The notes beneath the pieces were generated by a model. That model saw only the letters and a program-made list of their open reading frames with translations, was not told the DNA's origin and ran no database searches. From the NCBI GenBank assembly GCA_043228905.1, contig JBHGNT010000015.1:8742001-8806000 (forward strand): a DNA stretch of 64,000 nucleotides, given 5' to 3'. A program made the position numbers and the translations under genes. Positions 1 to 13,324 of this stretch are shown here, piece by piece. Position 1 is the first letter of the stretch. Each line of letters opens with the position of its first letter. This DNA is from Azolla caroliniana (taxonomy: Eukaryota; Plantae; Polypodiophyta).

Positions 1-334
1 CTTGTTGGTGCAAGAAAAGAGAGAGCGCGTAACTGTGTACAGTGAGAGAGAGAGAGAGAAAGAGGTCGTTGCCTCTATTGTAACCGCCGCCTGTGGCGAA
101 GATAGTGAGCACGAGGTCGTTGCCTCCGTGAACTCACTGTTGTACATTCTAACATAGTGATAGTTTGCAGCATGTGGGCTGCCGTGGTTTTTTTCCTTAG
201 TTTTGGGTTTTCCACGTAAACATCCTACGTACACCTCTCTTCTTCGTGTCGTGCTTTATTTCCCGTTTTCTGTGTATGATTCTAAGCTCAATTGTGGCCA
301 AGCGTTGCGTATAGGGAGCGTTTAATTCCCGTCA
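1..334 (+). repeat. 5' LTR (partial) of copia A
   Basis: Ends ...TTCCCGTCA, 2 nt before the PBS; matches the 3' LTR. Confidence 0.9.
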
Positions 335-363
335 AGTGGTATCAGAGCGAAACGACACAGAAA

Positions 364-2640
364 ATGGACGATTTGTTGGGAGGCATGTTCAAGCTCACCG
401 GCTCCAACTATTCGGTATGGAAGTCGAAGATGAGGGACATGCTCGTGGTTAAAGACCTTTGGCTACCGGTTCAGTTTGGGGACAAGAGACCGGACAAAAT
501 CGACGCCACGATATGGGAGGTGATGCATATGAAGACAACGACGTACATACGGTGCTTCATCGACATGAGCTTATACAACAACTTCAATGAAGAGAGCAAG
601 GCTCATGAGCTCTGGGAGAAGATCGGCATCATGTTTCAAAACAAAAATGCTGTTAATCAGGTTTCGGTATTCCGGAAGCTAGTAAGACTCCGATACCAAG
701 ATGGCTCCAGCACAGCGGAGCACATGAATGCCTTCCAGGGACTGATACACCAGGCAACGTCATTGGAAGTACCTCTCGCCAACGAGGTACTAGCACTACT
801 CTTGCTCGGTTCCCTCCCGGATAGCTGGGAGACGTTGGTTGTCACTTTGGGCAACGCCGGGCTGGAAGGAAAGCGGTTATCCCTAGCAAGAGTAAAGTCG
901 AGCTTGCTAGATGAGGAGGCGCGTCGGAAAGATAAAGATACGAGCTCCGACTCCAAGGCGCTCCTTACCGAATCGGAACGCGGAAGACATAGAAACCGTA
1001 GTCCCCATAACCGGGAGAAGTCGGGGACACGGTCAAAGTCAAGGGGGAGGCCTACTTGCTTCTATTGCGGCAAGCCGGGACACTTCCAGAAGAACAGTCG
1101 GCATTTCCGAAAGGACAAGGAAACCGAAGGTACCGATTCGAAGCGGATACCGGACCGGAACGGTAAAGACCGGAGGGGAACGGACCGGAAGGGGACGACG
1201 GCAATCGTGGCAAGTGAAGAAGAGTTGATGCTCATCACTGAGGAGAGTGAGATAAACCTTGCCGGCGACGAGATGACCTGGGTGGTAGACTCCGGAGTGT
1301 CGTTCCACCTTACCTCGGACCGGAAATGCTTCTCATTCTACTCAGCCGGTGATCATGGCTATGTCCGGATGGGGAATGAAGGTACATGCCGAATTGTCGG
1401 CATAGGAGACGTGTGGCTGACAACACCAACCGGATGCAAGTTGCTGCTGAAGGATGTCCAACACGTTCCGGAGGTTCGTCTGAACCTAATATCAGCCGGT
1501 CGGCTAGATGTTGCAGGCTACACGGGTAGCATCCGGAACAGTGTCATGAAATTCAGTAAAGGGAGCCTGATTGTGGCTCGGGCCCGGAAGGTCAACACAC
1601 TGTACCTGATGAATGCCCGGTTATGTCTGGAAGAAGTGAACGTTGCATCCGACACTACCGGTGAGCTGTGGCACAAGAGGCTGTGTCATATGGGACCAAG
1701 TCAAAATACGGATGCTGAAGAAGGCTCTCAACAGGACCTTCTCAATGAAAGACTTGAGTCCGGCAAGACAGATGTTGGGGATACATATTATCCGGAACTG
1801 GTCAGCGAAGCAATTATGGCTGTCACAGGAGAAGTACGTGACAAAGGTGCTTCACTGGTTCAACATGTCAGATGCGAAACCGGTCGGATTGACACTTCCG
1901 GCAAATTGCAAGCTATCCGGTAAGCAAAGCCCGAAGACGAAAGCAGAGAAGGCGGATATGATGAAGATTCCATATGCCTCTGCCGTCGGGAGCTTAATGT
2001 ACGCAATGGTTTGTACCCGACTAGATATAGGATACACAGTCAGAGTGGTGAGCCGGTTTATGAGCAATCCCGGCAAGGAGCACTGGAACGCGGTCAAGTG
2101 GATACTCCGTTACTTGAAGGCACTTCGCATATGTGTCTCCGATTCGGCTCCAGAAAACCTCAACTTGACGGTTTTACCGATTCGGACATGTCGGCTGATG
2201 TGGATACCAGCTGGTCCACATCCGGGTATGTAATGACATATGCAGGGGGAGCTGTTTCGTGGCAGTCGAGGCTGCAGAAGACGGTTGCGTTGTCAGCCAC
2301 GGAGGCGGAGTACATGGCGGTTGTGGAAGCCGGGAAGGAAATATTATGGATGAAGGACTTCATCGGAGAGCTCGGTATCCGGCAAGATGAATACCGGCTC
2401 TATTGTGATAGTCAAAGTGCCATCCACCTTGCTAAGAATGCGGCCTACCATTCCCGGACGAAGCATATCCAGCGAAGGTATCACTAGATCCGGGAAAGAG
2501 TAGATGACCAAGAGTTCGCGCTGATGAAGATCCACACGGCCGAGAACGGGTCAGATATGCTGACCAAAGTGTTGATACCCGACAAGCTGGATGCATGCCG
2601 GAAGAGAATCGGACTGGTAAGACACCCCATGCCGGAGTGA
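364..2640 (+). pseudogene. gag-pol: copia gag-pol with integrase and most of RT deleted
   Basis: Gag (NYSVWKSKM, LLLGSLPDSW), degenerate zinc knuckle CFYCGKPGHFQKNS, protease WVVDSG and pre-integrase LWHKRLCHM. The sequence then jumps near 1692 to the RT C-terminus (MKDL, YASAVGSLMYAMVCTR) and RNase H (GFTDSD, EAEY, YCDSQSA), with frameshifts and a stop. Confidence 0.9.
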
Positions 2641-2650
2641 AGGGGGAGTT

Positions 2651-3278
2651 TGTTGGGAGACAGGTCTCTCCGGATGGGAAGCGAGAAGAACAGTGCCGAT
2701 GAACAAACTCGGTCGAGGCCGAAACCGGATGACGGGTTACTCGGCTACGGAGAGCCGGATGGTGCAGACCCGGTGAGAACCGGATGAGTACCCGGCTACG
2801 GAGAGCCGGATGGTGCAGACCCGGTGAGAACCGGATGAGGAGTACCCGACTACGGAGAGCCGGATGGTGCAGACCCGGTGAAGACCGGATGAGGAGTACC
2901 CGGCTACGAAGAGCCGGATGGTGCAGACCCGGTGAAGAATGCTCACCGGATGAAGAGACATATTCGTAAAGTCCATCGAGGTTATATTTGTCAATAGCCG
3001 AAAAGTCATATCAGTATAAATATGACTTAGGGCAAACTTACAATGTAGGTTGTTGTCATTTTTGTTGGTGCAAGAAAAGAGAGAGCGTGTAATTGTGTAC
3101 AGTGAGAGAGAGAGAGAGAAAGAGGTCGTTGCCTCTGTTGTAACCGCCTCCTGTGGCGAAGATAGTGAGCACGAGGTCGTTGCCTCCGTGAACTCACTGT
3201 TGTACATTCTAACATAGTGATAGTTTGCAGCCTGTGGGCTGCCGAGCGTTGCGTATAGGGAGCGTTTAATTCCCGTCA
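2651..3278 (+). repeat. 3' LTR of copia A
   Basis: TG...CA termini, preceded by the PPT. Lacks about 116 bp present at about 185-300 of the 5' LTR. Confidence 0.9.
2739..2953. repeat. About 45-48 bp GC-rich tandem repeat (4 copies plus a partial) in the LTR
   Basis: Repeated unit CGGCTACGGAGAGCCGGATGGTGCAGACCCGGTGAGAACCGGATGAG. Confidence 0.9.
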
Positions 3279-5759
3279 AGCTCGCTCCCGACTAAGAAGC
3301 TCAACAGATCCAACTACGCATCTTGGTTGTACAAGATGCACCAGTACCTGCTTGGGCATGGTTATTGGAGTTAGGTCGACGGAGCAAACGATACGACACC
3401 TGATGTGGCACACAGGGACTTCCCGACTTGGGAACAAGCGGCAAGCAGAGTTATGTACTACTTTGCGTCTAGTGTCGGCGACCGACTGCTCAGCCATATC
3501 CGGGATGCCAAGACGCCGAAGTAAGCTTGGGGAAACCTGAAGAAGGTCTTCGCAGCAAACATCACGGCCTGGAAGCTGCAACTCTAACAGGAGTTGAGCA
3601 ATGTCTGATAGAAGATGTTGTATGTGGAGGCGGATCGGCAGTGTGGTTGTGGCAGACGAGGCAGATCGGCATGCAGTGGAAGTGGCCGACAAGAGTAGAA
3701 TCAAAGGCACAAGGATGGTGCCGACAACAATTGTTGACCCTCCACAAGTAGGGCGAGTCAAGGCGGTGTCGGGAGCCGGTGAGAGAAGATCACGACGGAC
3801 TGTTGGTACCGTGGCCGAAAGGGCCACACAGAGAGTGAGTGCTAGAAGAAGGGCGTTGATTCGGATAAATCCGGATTCGGCAAGGCCGGTCAAGGAACCA
3901 ACAAAGCTTGCACTACGCCAAGGAATCGGAAAAATCTGATTAAACACGTTCGTGTTCACAAGTGGAAGGATCGCGCACAAATGGAAGGATACAGAAATTT
4001 TACATTTGATTTTGGGGCTTTTTTTGCCATTTCACAAAACACCTTGATACCAGTATCACATGTTCTCAAAAACATGATGAAAAAGCTAAAATTTTCACCA
4101 TTTGGTAAAATTGAAAAATGTCAAATTTTGGTCAAATATGAAAAGTAACTTTGTGTATTTTTAAGAAGAAATTACAACTAGTAGTATTCTAGATCCTAAC
4201 AAAATCATAAGTGAAAGATTTCAAAACAATCAACTTTTTTATTTCATTCGATAAAATATTGTTTAAATTTCTTACATATCGTTGCAAAAAAAATACATTT
4301 AAGAGTTATTTGCATCACTATCATCATTCCTTTCCTGAGAATCACTACTATAGCTAATATACAATTGTGACTCTTCCTCCTCATTTTCAAATATACCAAT
4401 GAAATCATTGTCTTCACTAAATGGTGTCTCCAAATTCTGTGCACTAACTAAATCTTGTTCGCCTTCAATTTGAGATATCTTCTAGTCTTGGTAATATCTT
4501 TTTTATTATGACTATCGTTCTCGTCCTTAAACATCCAACTTTTGTCAGTGTAAAGGCCTACACAATGATATCACCTCACTAATGTCAATGATAGATGTAT
4601 TACAGAAGTTTAATCCATCACCACATCCAAAACTTTACCAGTGTAGAATTGGTGCCCTAGTTGATGGCCATCTACATGTGTAGCTATTAATATCCCCACC
4701 TTGAGTTCTTGCAAGTTTCCTTGTCACCTGAGTTATGCTCATGTTGTCATCCTTAGTTCCACATAAATGTTTCTTTGTTGTAGATGAACCAAACTATGAA
4801 GATCAACATTAAGTGCTTGACATGGTGATTAAGAACCACGAGAATATTTTATACACCACGTAAATGGAATTTGCAAGGTTCAATTACCATCAACACAATT
4901 CTTAATGGTTTTTTGTTAATCAATGAAGCACATGTTCACCATAAGGTGTCTTGTTGTGCAACATACTTCTTTGCAGTATCAATATGCATCTTTTTCTCTT
5001 GTAAAAACAAAGATTTTAGTACAATTCGAGTTCATGTAAACCCTAAACCTCTTTTCTTTGAATAAAAAGATGATTTCTAAACATGAACTCCATACATTAT
5101 ATCGAGTTGATGTAAAAAACAAAGTTTTGATCACAATTACATACAATGTATCAAATTCATGTTCAAAGTTTTTTTCTCGGATTTAAATAAAAAATAAAAT
5201 AAAACAATTGAGCTTGACTTGATGAAAAAACCAGTTTTTTCACCACAATTCAATACAGGGTGGAAGCACACTACGGTGTACCAGAAAAGTATTGTTTTTG
5301 GCCACAAAAATTGTCAGTACTTTCGATACTGTTAGTACTGAATAATTCAGAAAAAAAAAAATCAGAGAAAAAAAAAGTCGATTTTAGAGAGTGGGGTGAC
5401 TGTAGTACAAGTATCATTTACTACAAGGAGTGGGGGGAACACGTGAGGAGATGTTCTTTCCATTTTGGGGGCTATTTTCCCCTCACGTCGATTTTGGCGC
5501 TTCCCCTCATGTCGTTTTTGGAGTTTTGTTAGGGTTTAGGGAGCAAATCTCAGACATCCATGTCAGGTTGGAGCTTTTGAGTAGAGGATTTCTCGTTTTT
5601 TTAGGGTTTCTGTTTTTGTTAGGGTTTAGGTTGAGGAACAGGGACTGTTATGAGGCCTCTTATAACAGCCAATAGTGACTTCTTCGACAACGACTTTCTT
5701 ACTTCCACCGATTTCAATTTATGTCGTGGTGATTTGGGGCTTTTTCCATTGAGGCGAGT

Positions 5760-6220
5760 ATCCTTCCACCGAATCCAGGCGGCATATCACAAAGATTCAA
5801 GGCGCCCTCCACCATTGGAGGTTCCTTCCACTAAATCAAGGCGGCATATCACAAAGATTCAAGGCACCCTCCACCATTGGAGGTTCCTTCCAGCAAATCG
5901 AGGCGACATATCACATAGAATCAACGCTCCCGCCACCATTGGAGGTTCCTTCCATCAATTTTTTTATTTTCAGGACTAAAATTTTTCATTTCTTCATTTT
6001 TCAGTACTAAATTTTTAGATTTTACAATTGTCAAATTTGTACATCGTGCTTCCACCATTGGAGGTTCCTTCTAGCAAATTGAGGCGGCATATCACACAGA
6101 ATCAACGCTCCCACCACCATTGGAGGTTCCTTCCATCCATTTTTTAATTTTCAGGACTAAAATTTTTCATTTCTTCATTTTTTAGTACTACTTTTAGATT
6201 TTACAATTGTCATATTTGAT
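5760..6220. repeat. Subterminal repeats upstream of the transposase
   Basis: CCACCATTGGAGGTTCCTTC occurs five times; an approximately 180-bp block is duplicated. Confidence 0.8.
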
Positions 6221-6354
6221 CTGTAATTCTAATATTCGAAACAAATTATTTCTCACTTTGCAGGCCACATTTAAAAACATTTGACTGTGTTTTCTTAGTG
6301 TAGTCTATATAACATTACGGACACTTAATTTTTTTAGATAAATCTAGTGACCAA

Positions 6355-9300
6355 ATGGGAGTCCCCAACGAGAGTGAGTTGTCAAGTAACTCATGTATAT
6401 CTGAAAGGACCAAGTGACGAGTGGTTCTTCACATAGTCCGTTATTTGATAGAAATAACGAAGAGATTTAGTGAAGAGGATCATAGGGATATTATATGTAG
6501 AGTGTTACACCATCAACGTTTGGATGAAGACATGGAGAGAATAAAATTTAGGGACCAATGTGTTTCAGAAGAGATTGTAGAGTCTATGAAGTCATCCCTA
6601 GACTTAGTGAAAGGTGTAGAGAGCATAAACAAACTTGCTACAAAGAGGGCAACCCTACACATGGTTGTGAACGGTGCGAGAGAAAAAAAATATAGTGATA
6701 CTAAAGTTGCCTTAGCCCTGGGTATTCAAAGAAGGAACTTGAGGAAACATTGCCAAAATATACACTCAAGCCAATTCAAGTGGCTGGGGTTGGGACGTAG
6801 ACGACGATGCAATGCCTTATCTCAAGAGATTATTGAGAAAGTGGATTCATTTTGGGCCAAAAATACGCGTGTCTCACCAAATAAGAAGGACGTGTGTAGA
6901 CAACGAATAAGTCAGGGTAAGTACCAGATTCACCCTAGACACTTCTTGGAGATGACAAAGGTATTCCATTTTTTTATATCAATTCACATTCCATAAATTT
7001 GTGTTTTGACCAAGTGTATATTAATGTTTGCTATATATATTAATTGATGTAGGCTGAATTGTACATGAACTTTAAAGACCAACATCCAAGCTTGACTGTT
7101 GGATTCCGCAAGCTCCAAGGTTTGAAACCATTTTATGTTAGAAAATTAAATGAGAGGAATACATGTTGTTGTGTGTACCACGTGAAGATGGACATGTTAA
7201 GGCTAGGAGTGAATGCAATGCGTACTGATTCTAAGGGTATACACGGGGAATTATGTGTTTGCACTTGTGAGGTTTGTAGACCAAATGGGGAGGACAATGG
7301 GTGTAATGCACGAAACATGACTTATGCATCCGTTTCTGAGCTATGGAGGTCTTGTGTTTGTGAAAAAGAACCATCATGTGAGTGGCATCGTCGTACATGT
7401 TTATTAAGAACATGTAAGGTTTGTCCGCTACCATTATTTTGTAGGCAGGAGCTTGATTTGGGAAACAGTCATATCGTGAAATGGAAATATTTAGAGTATG
7501 TGACTGAAAAGATTGGTAAGGGACTTGTAACTAAGTGTATCAAGGAAGTATATAAGGAGACATGTTCTGCTACCCTTGTCTCAGAATTTAAGAAACAACT
7601 TGGGGAGTTCATTCCACATAACTTTCGGAGTTATTGGCAAAATTCACAGTTCAAGGAATGTATTAATAACTTACCAACGGGTGTCATCGTATCCGTTATT
7701 GACTTTGCAGAAAACTATACATTTAAAGTTCAAAACGAGGTTCAATCAATGCATTGGTACAATGATCAATGTACAATACTTGTACATATTTGCTATTGGA
7801 TGCAAGACGGTGAGTTACATAAGAAATCAATATTTTACATTTCAGATGATAAAAAGCATGATACACTATTTGTTCAACATTGTTTTAAGCTTCACCATGC
7901 AGATTTATTGTCTCTAGGGTTAACCTTTAACCATCATTGGGTTTGGTCTGATGGTGCTGACTCGCAGTTTAAGGCGGCACGATCGTTCTACTTTATTGCC
8001 ATGTAATTTTTAATCCATATGTTTAGTACTTATCATACAATGTGTAAGGAAGTAATTCTTGTGTTTGTGCATGCATACTAATTATGTTTGTAACTATTCA
8101 CACACAGTACTATTCACATGGATGCATACTAATTATGTTTGTAACTATTTGAACACAACACTATTCACATGGATGCATGCATACTAATTTTGTTTGTAAC
8201 TAAGTTAACTGTTCTTGATTGATCAAATAGTACTATCTTGTCACGTGAATCTGTGTTTATTATCTTTTAATCCATGTGAAGTGTTCTCCATAGACAAAGT
8301 GTACTATGTTGTGTGTTGTATCTTTACTAAATCAGTATTTATTGAAGGATGTAAAGTACTCGTATTGTACTCTATAGTATTGTCCGTCCTTAAGAGAATT
8401 GTACTAATTATCTTTAATCCATGTGAAGTGTTCTCCATAGACACATTGTACTATGTTGTGTGTTGTATTTGTACTAAATCAGTATTTACAGAAGGATGTA
8501 AAGTACTCGTCTTGTACTCATAGTATTGTCCGTCCTTAAGAGAATTGTACTAATTATCTTTTAATCCATGTGAAGTGTTCTCCATAGACACTGTATTGTA
8601 CTGTGTGTTGTATCTGTACTAAATCAGTAATTATCAAAGGATGTAAAGTACATGTCTTTTACTCATAGTACTGTCCTAGATTGAAGAGTTTGTACTAATT
8701 ATCTATTAATCAATGTTGAGTGTTCTCCATGAACACACTGTATTGTACTTGGTGTTGTATCTATACTAAATCAGTAATTATCGGAAGATGTAAAGTACAT
8801 GTCTTGTACTCATAGTACTGTCTTATATTGAAGAGTTCGTACTAATTATCTATTAATCCATGCTGAGTGTTCTCCATGAACACACTGTATTGTACTATGT
8901 GTTGTATCTATACTAAATCAGTGTTTATTGGGGGATGTAAAGTACATGTGTTGTAGTACTAATTATCTTCTAAGGAGGGTTGTGTTCTCCGTGGACACAT
9001 TGTACTGTGTTGTGTATTGTATCTGTACTAAATCAGTATTAATGAATGCAAAGTACTCGTCGTCAGCAACATAGTACTATCCGATATTGAAGAGTTTGTA
9101 CTATTTATCTGTTAATTCATGTAGAGTGCTTTCCATGAATTCATTGTACTATGCTTTGTGCTGTATCCATACTAAATTAGTATTAATGGATGCCAAGTTC
9201 ACATGGTTGACAACATAGTACTATTTATCTTTTAATAAGTGTAGAGTGTTCTCAATGGATATGTTGTGCTATGCTTTGTTTTGTATTTGTACTAAATCAA

Positions 9301-10257
9301 TATTAATGGATGTGTAGTACTCTCGATTGACAACATAGTACTAATTTTGTTGGAAACCTGAGATACAAAAGCATGTATTTCTCCTTATTCAACATTCGTA
9401 TGCAATGGAACTACTTCAGGCCTGGACATGGAAAAGGAGAGCATGATGGCGCGGGGGCTGTGATCAAACGTGCCCTTACAAGTGAGCAATTGGATAATAA
9501 TGGTGCTAAGTTACAAAATGCACATGATGTGCAGTGGCTAACATGGAAGATGTCAAATGATGGTAAGAACATATTGTTTATTGAAGTTCGCGTTGATGAG
9601 GTTGATAGAACTAAATCATATGGTTGTAAAACCGTGAAAGGCACACACAACACTCATTGTGTATTAGGGTTTAGCCGCAAGGACACAACACAATTGTTAC
9701 TCCTCACTTTATCATGCTTTTGTTCCATGTGTATAGATGAAGCTTGGGATAAATGCATCAACCTATCAATCGTCGAGCCCTGGAAGCTACAGAAGCTTGA
9801 GCTTGAACGACAAGATGATATTGAAGAGGATGCGCATTCAAACGATATTGTATACTACAACCAACATCAAGACTTGGCAGTTTTATTGGAAGTTGGAGAT
9901 CATTTTGTAGTGCTCAAATCTCCTTAGAATGAAGATTTAAAAGACTACTACATTGTGGTGTGCAAGCAAGGCAAGACATTATTGAAAGAAGTGGTGAGGG
10001 ATGGCTGGGGTAACAATTTCAACCTTGGTGAGTTTGTCGTGTATGGAAACTATTATGCAAAGTTGCCGTAGTGCAAGAACACATATGCATTACTAAAAGA
10101 AGCACCGATCGCAATAATCTACGTTGATGCCATTCTTGCGATCAAATTCAATATGACTCAAGCAAAGCACAAGGTTAAGGGATACAACACTGTCTACAAG
10201 GTCCCCCAAGAGGTTCATGAGCACATATTAGGGGAGGTCTCTCTATTTAATGCTTGA
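6355..10257 (+). pseudogene. Three-exon Sola2-like transposase (exons about 6355-6960, 7053-8002, 9363-10257)
   Basis: GT-AG introns join the ORFs in frame. Motifs: Cys-rich CCCVYH...C region, VIDFAENY, QSMHW, WSDG..SQFK, GHGKGEHDGAG and CFCSMC. Premature stops at 6415, 9925 and about 10068. Confidence 0.85.
8060..9350. repeat. About 145-bp degenerate tandem array in transposase intron 2 (GTACT-rich)
   Basis: Recurring TAATCCATGTGAAGTGTTCTCCAT...TACTAAATCAGTA...GATGTAAAGTAC at about 8270, 8415, 8560, 8705 and 8855, and further on. Confidence 0.85.
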
Positions 10258-11179
10258 AAGTCACCCTATCAATACATTGTACCAGAAAACTGAAAAACAT
10301 CCACTTGTAGTTCACTATTTGATGTATTGATATATTAATTTTGATGATTGACAAATGAATCGATATATTTCGTCTTTCTTCAATTATGTATTATGAATCG
10401 ATATATTTGATGTATTGAGACTATTTATTGAGCTTGTATTGTAAGTGTTTATGGTAATTATAGAGTTGCTTGTTTCCATGGTTTAAGGTGTGAAGTCTTC
10501 AATACTTTTGTATTGTTAGTGTTTATGGTAATTATAGAGTTGCTTGTTTCTATGGTTTAAGGTGTGAAGTCTTGAATACTTAGTAGCCTAAATATGTCCC
10601 AAACTTATTCAACTATCAAGTCTCTATTATGTGCACTCAAGTCATTATTCAACTCTAACCATGTGCACTCAAGGAGACCATACTTCGCAAGTATCAATAT
10701 ACATATTAGTACTAACGCAAGTATCAATATACATATTAATTTAGTACTAATGTCAATTGCAAGTATTAGGTAATACATAACAGTCTCCCAATGTCAATTG
10801 CAAGTATTAAGTAATACATAGTAGTCTCCCAAAGTATCTCAGTTAGACGGATACATACATCTGATGTAAAGTTCTATTGCAATGACAGTATATACCAGTC
10901 TTCTAAATCTTCATCTGGTATAACGAACTGTATATAACATCTCAGTTAACAATATAGAATTTTATTTGTAATCAACACAATCATGGCTGCATGGGAGTGT
11001 ACTTGGGAGTGTGATAAATTCGTACCTCCCTCACCAAAGATCATTTCAAAATTAGCAATATAGAAATTCAGATTACACTACAACACTAGATGAGTGATCT
11101 GATCTTCACAACATTTTAGAGTTAACAATAGAATACATTTTCATTCTCTGCAATTGGCAATATAGAATTTCACATTGGT

Positions 11180-11495
11180 ATAACTACTGGATTTTGGTAT
11201 ACCAAATAGTTCAATTTCAGACATCACTAACAGTTCAGCTAAAGTTCATGTACAATCGAAAGACAATCGAAAGACACTAGTATAACTATTTCAGATAAAT
11301 GAGATAGTATTTTGGTATACCAAATAGTTCAATTTCAGACATCACTAACAGTTCACCTAAAATTCAAGTACAATCGAAAGACACTGGTATAACTATTTCA
11401 GATAAATGAGAAAGTATTTTGGTATACCAAATAGTTCAATTTTAGACATCACTAACAGTTCAGCTAAAATTCAAGTACAATTGAAAGACAATCAG
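11180..11495. repeat. About 120-bp tandem repeat (3 copies) between the convergent genes
   Basis: TTTTGGTATACCAAATAGTTCAATTTCAGACATCACTAACAGTTCA occurs three times. Confidence 0.85.
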
Positions 11496-13324
11496 GCACT
11501 AGAGGGCAATTTGGCTGATCTTGTAATGCGCTTGTTGTTGGTGCCAATTTTTTCTGATTTTACATTCTTCTTTATCTTAAAGCCTTTAGGTATCAGCTGA
11601 CTAAGTGGCACTTCATCATCAGAGGCATTAGAGACAGGCGTGGATGCACGGGCACCTTGTACTAGTGGCAAGCTTGAGAGAGCAACTGTGTTTTCTGCAA
11701 CTGCAAAGCTTGTACACACATCCACAAAGGTACTGTCGATAGAAAAATTATCACTCATCTCCTGAATGTGGGTTGTTTTAGTACTCATGTTGTTGCTAGT
11801 ATGCTCATTCTCAATACAATTAGGCTCCTGTATGTGGGCTATAGCAGTACTCATGGTGAACTCCTCTTGGTTGGTGATAGTCACCTCATTCTTAAGACCA
11901 CTGTGCTCCCCTTCTTGGGTGGTCTTTATTGCCTGGTCCTCATGGGTGATGCTAGTATGCTCGTTCTCAATACAATCAGGCTCCTCTTCATTACTAGCTA
12001 TATTATTTCCACACTCCTCATGGGCTTGTATAGACCCTACTAGCACATTCTCAGTACAATTAGGCTCCTCTTCAGTACTAGCGATGTTCTTTCCACACTC
12101 CTCATGGGAATCTTTAGACACTACATATACATTCTCAGTACAATCAATCTTCTCTTCAGTACTTGCCATATTCTTTCCACACTCCTCATGGGCTTCTTTA
12201 GACAAATTGTTGTTTGTACATGCCAGCTGCTCTTCAAATATGAATGCTTCGTTTTTCTCACAGTCTTCATGTGTGGAAGATGTGCCTCGAGAGTCTGCCT
12301 CCGTGCAAAGGTTAATCCCAGAATCTGACTCTACACTTGTGCTCCATATAGTTCCCGATTCATTTGATTGCAATTGGGAATCATACTGCTCTTGTATACC
12401 TAAATAATGGGATTCCAAAGAATATTAGTATCATCAACTCACATACTCAAAAGTTTGCAAACATACCAACAACAATGAACATAGGGTTAAGAGCCACATT
12501 TTTACTTATTGTTACATCTTCATAATGTACAACCGTAGATACCCCATTGCAAGTGGTAGGCTCGGTCATCTTCTCCACAACATCTAAGTGCTCAATAGGG
12601 TTGTTATGATCTATAGAATGCACCAAAAGCAACACTATCATAGGGTTGTTATGATCCAAATCATTGTTTTCAAAAACCGGCTTTTGACGTGTACTTGGGA
12701 GTGTGATAAATTTGTCTTCACGATCAGGTTTTGGACTTGTATCTCCCTCACCAAAGATCATTTCGTCATCAGCTAGTAACACAAGTACATGGTATTAGAC
12801 AATGCATTAGGTTGACAACTCTTCGGACAGGTGAGAACATATATGACTCACCATTGCATTCAACTTTGCCTTTCTTGCCCTTTCCATACAACATTCTTGC
12901 AACATTCCTCTTCTTAGTTGGTTCTATTTCTAAAGAAATTAGGCATTCAACACTTTCTCAAATGAGAATTAAGATATGTTGGCAAAATTTGTGTTACCTG
13001 GATTGTTTTGATGTTGACCAAGGCTTGGGGAATTTGTTTGTAGAAGCATATGTTCCATTGCTCCAATGGCCCTTCTCATACATTCATCTTCATCATAAAA
13101 CTCATAGGTTATTGGTAATGATGGTCCCTCAACCTTGGAATGTTCAGCAGATACCGAGGGTTTAGGCACAGGGGTTGGTTGTTCCATTACCTTCCCTGGC
13201 GTGGAGTTGCTTGACACTACAACATTCATTGCAAGAAACCAAAAAACCTTCAAGGTTAGTACCGTGATATAAAATATACAATGTAGGTCACAAGAGTTGC
13301 ATTACTAATTCATTAAGCTACACC

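Larger units (their letters stand above)
1..3278 (+). mobile_element. Ty1/copia LTR retrotransposon A, internally deleted; 5' LTR runs off the window
   Basis: Sequence 1-334 is repeated at about 3061-3278. Met-tRNAi-type PBS TGGTATCAGAGC at 337-348. PPT GAAGGGGGAG precedes TGTTGGG at 2651. Coding remnants are in copia order (gag, PR, pre-integrase, RT end, RNase H). Confidence 0.95.

Noticed and set aside
2737-3279. 180-aa ORF with HRVCTIRLSV repeats
   Set aside because: It is a translation of the LTR tandem repeat with no coding evidence.
4244-4444. Possible coding remnant in the outer IR element, with a short weak inverted match near 18555-18580
   Set aside because: The match is low-complexity and purine-rich, and no recognisable protein motif is present.
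8215-8523. 102-aa repetitive ORF
   Set aside because: It lies in the intronic tandem array of the transposase and has no counterpart in copy B.
11766-12407. Hydrophobic 213-aa + strand ORF resembling a membrane protein
   Set aside because: It is the antisense shadow of the Glu/Asn-rich repeats of gene 2.
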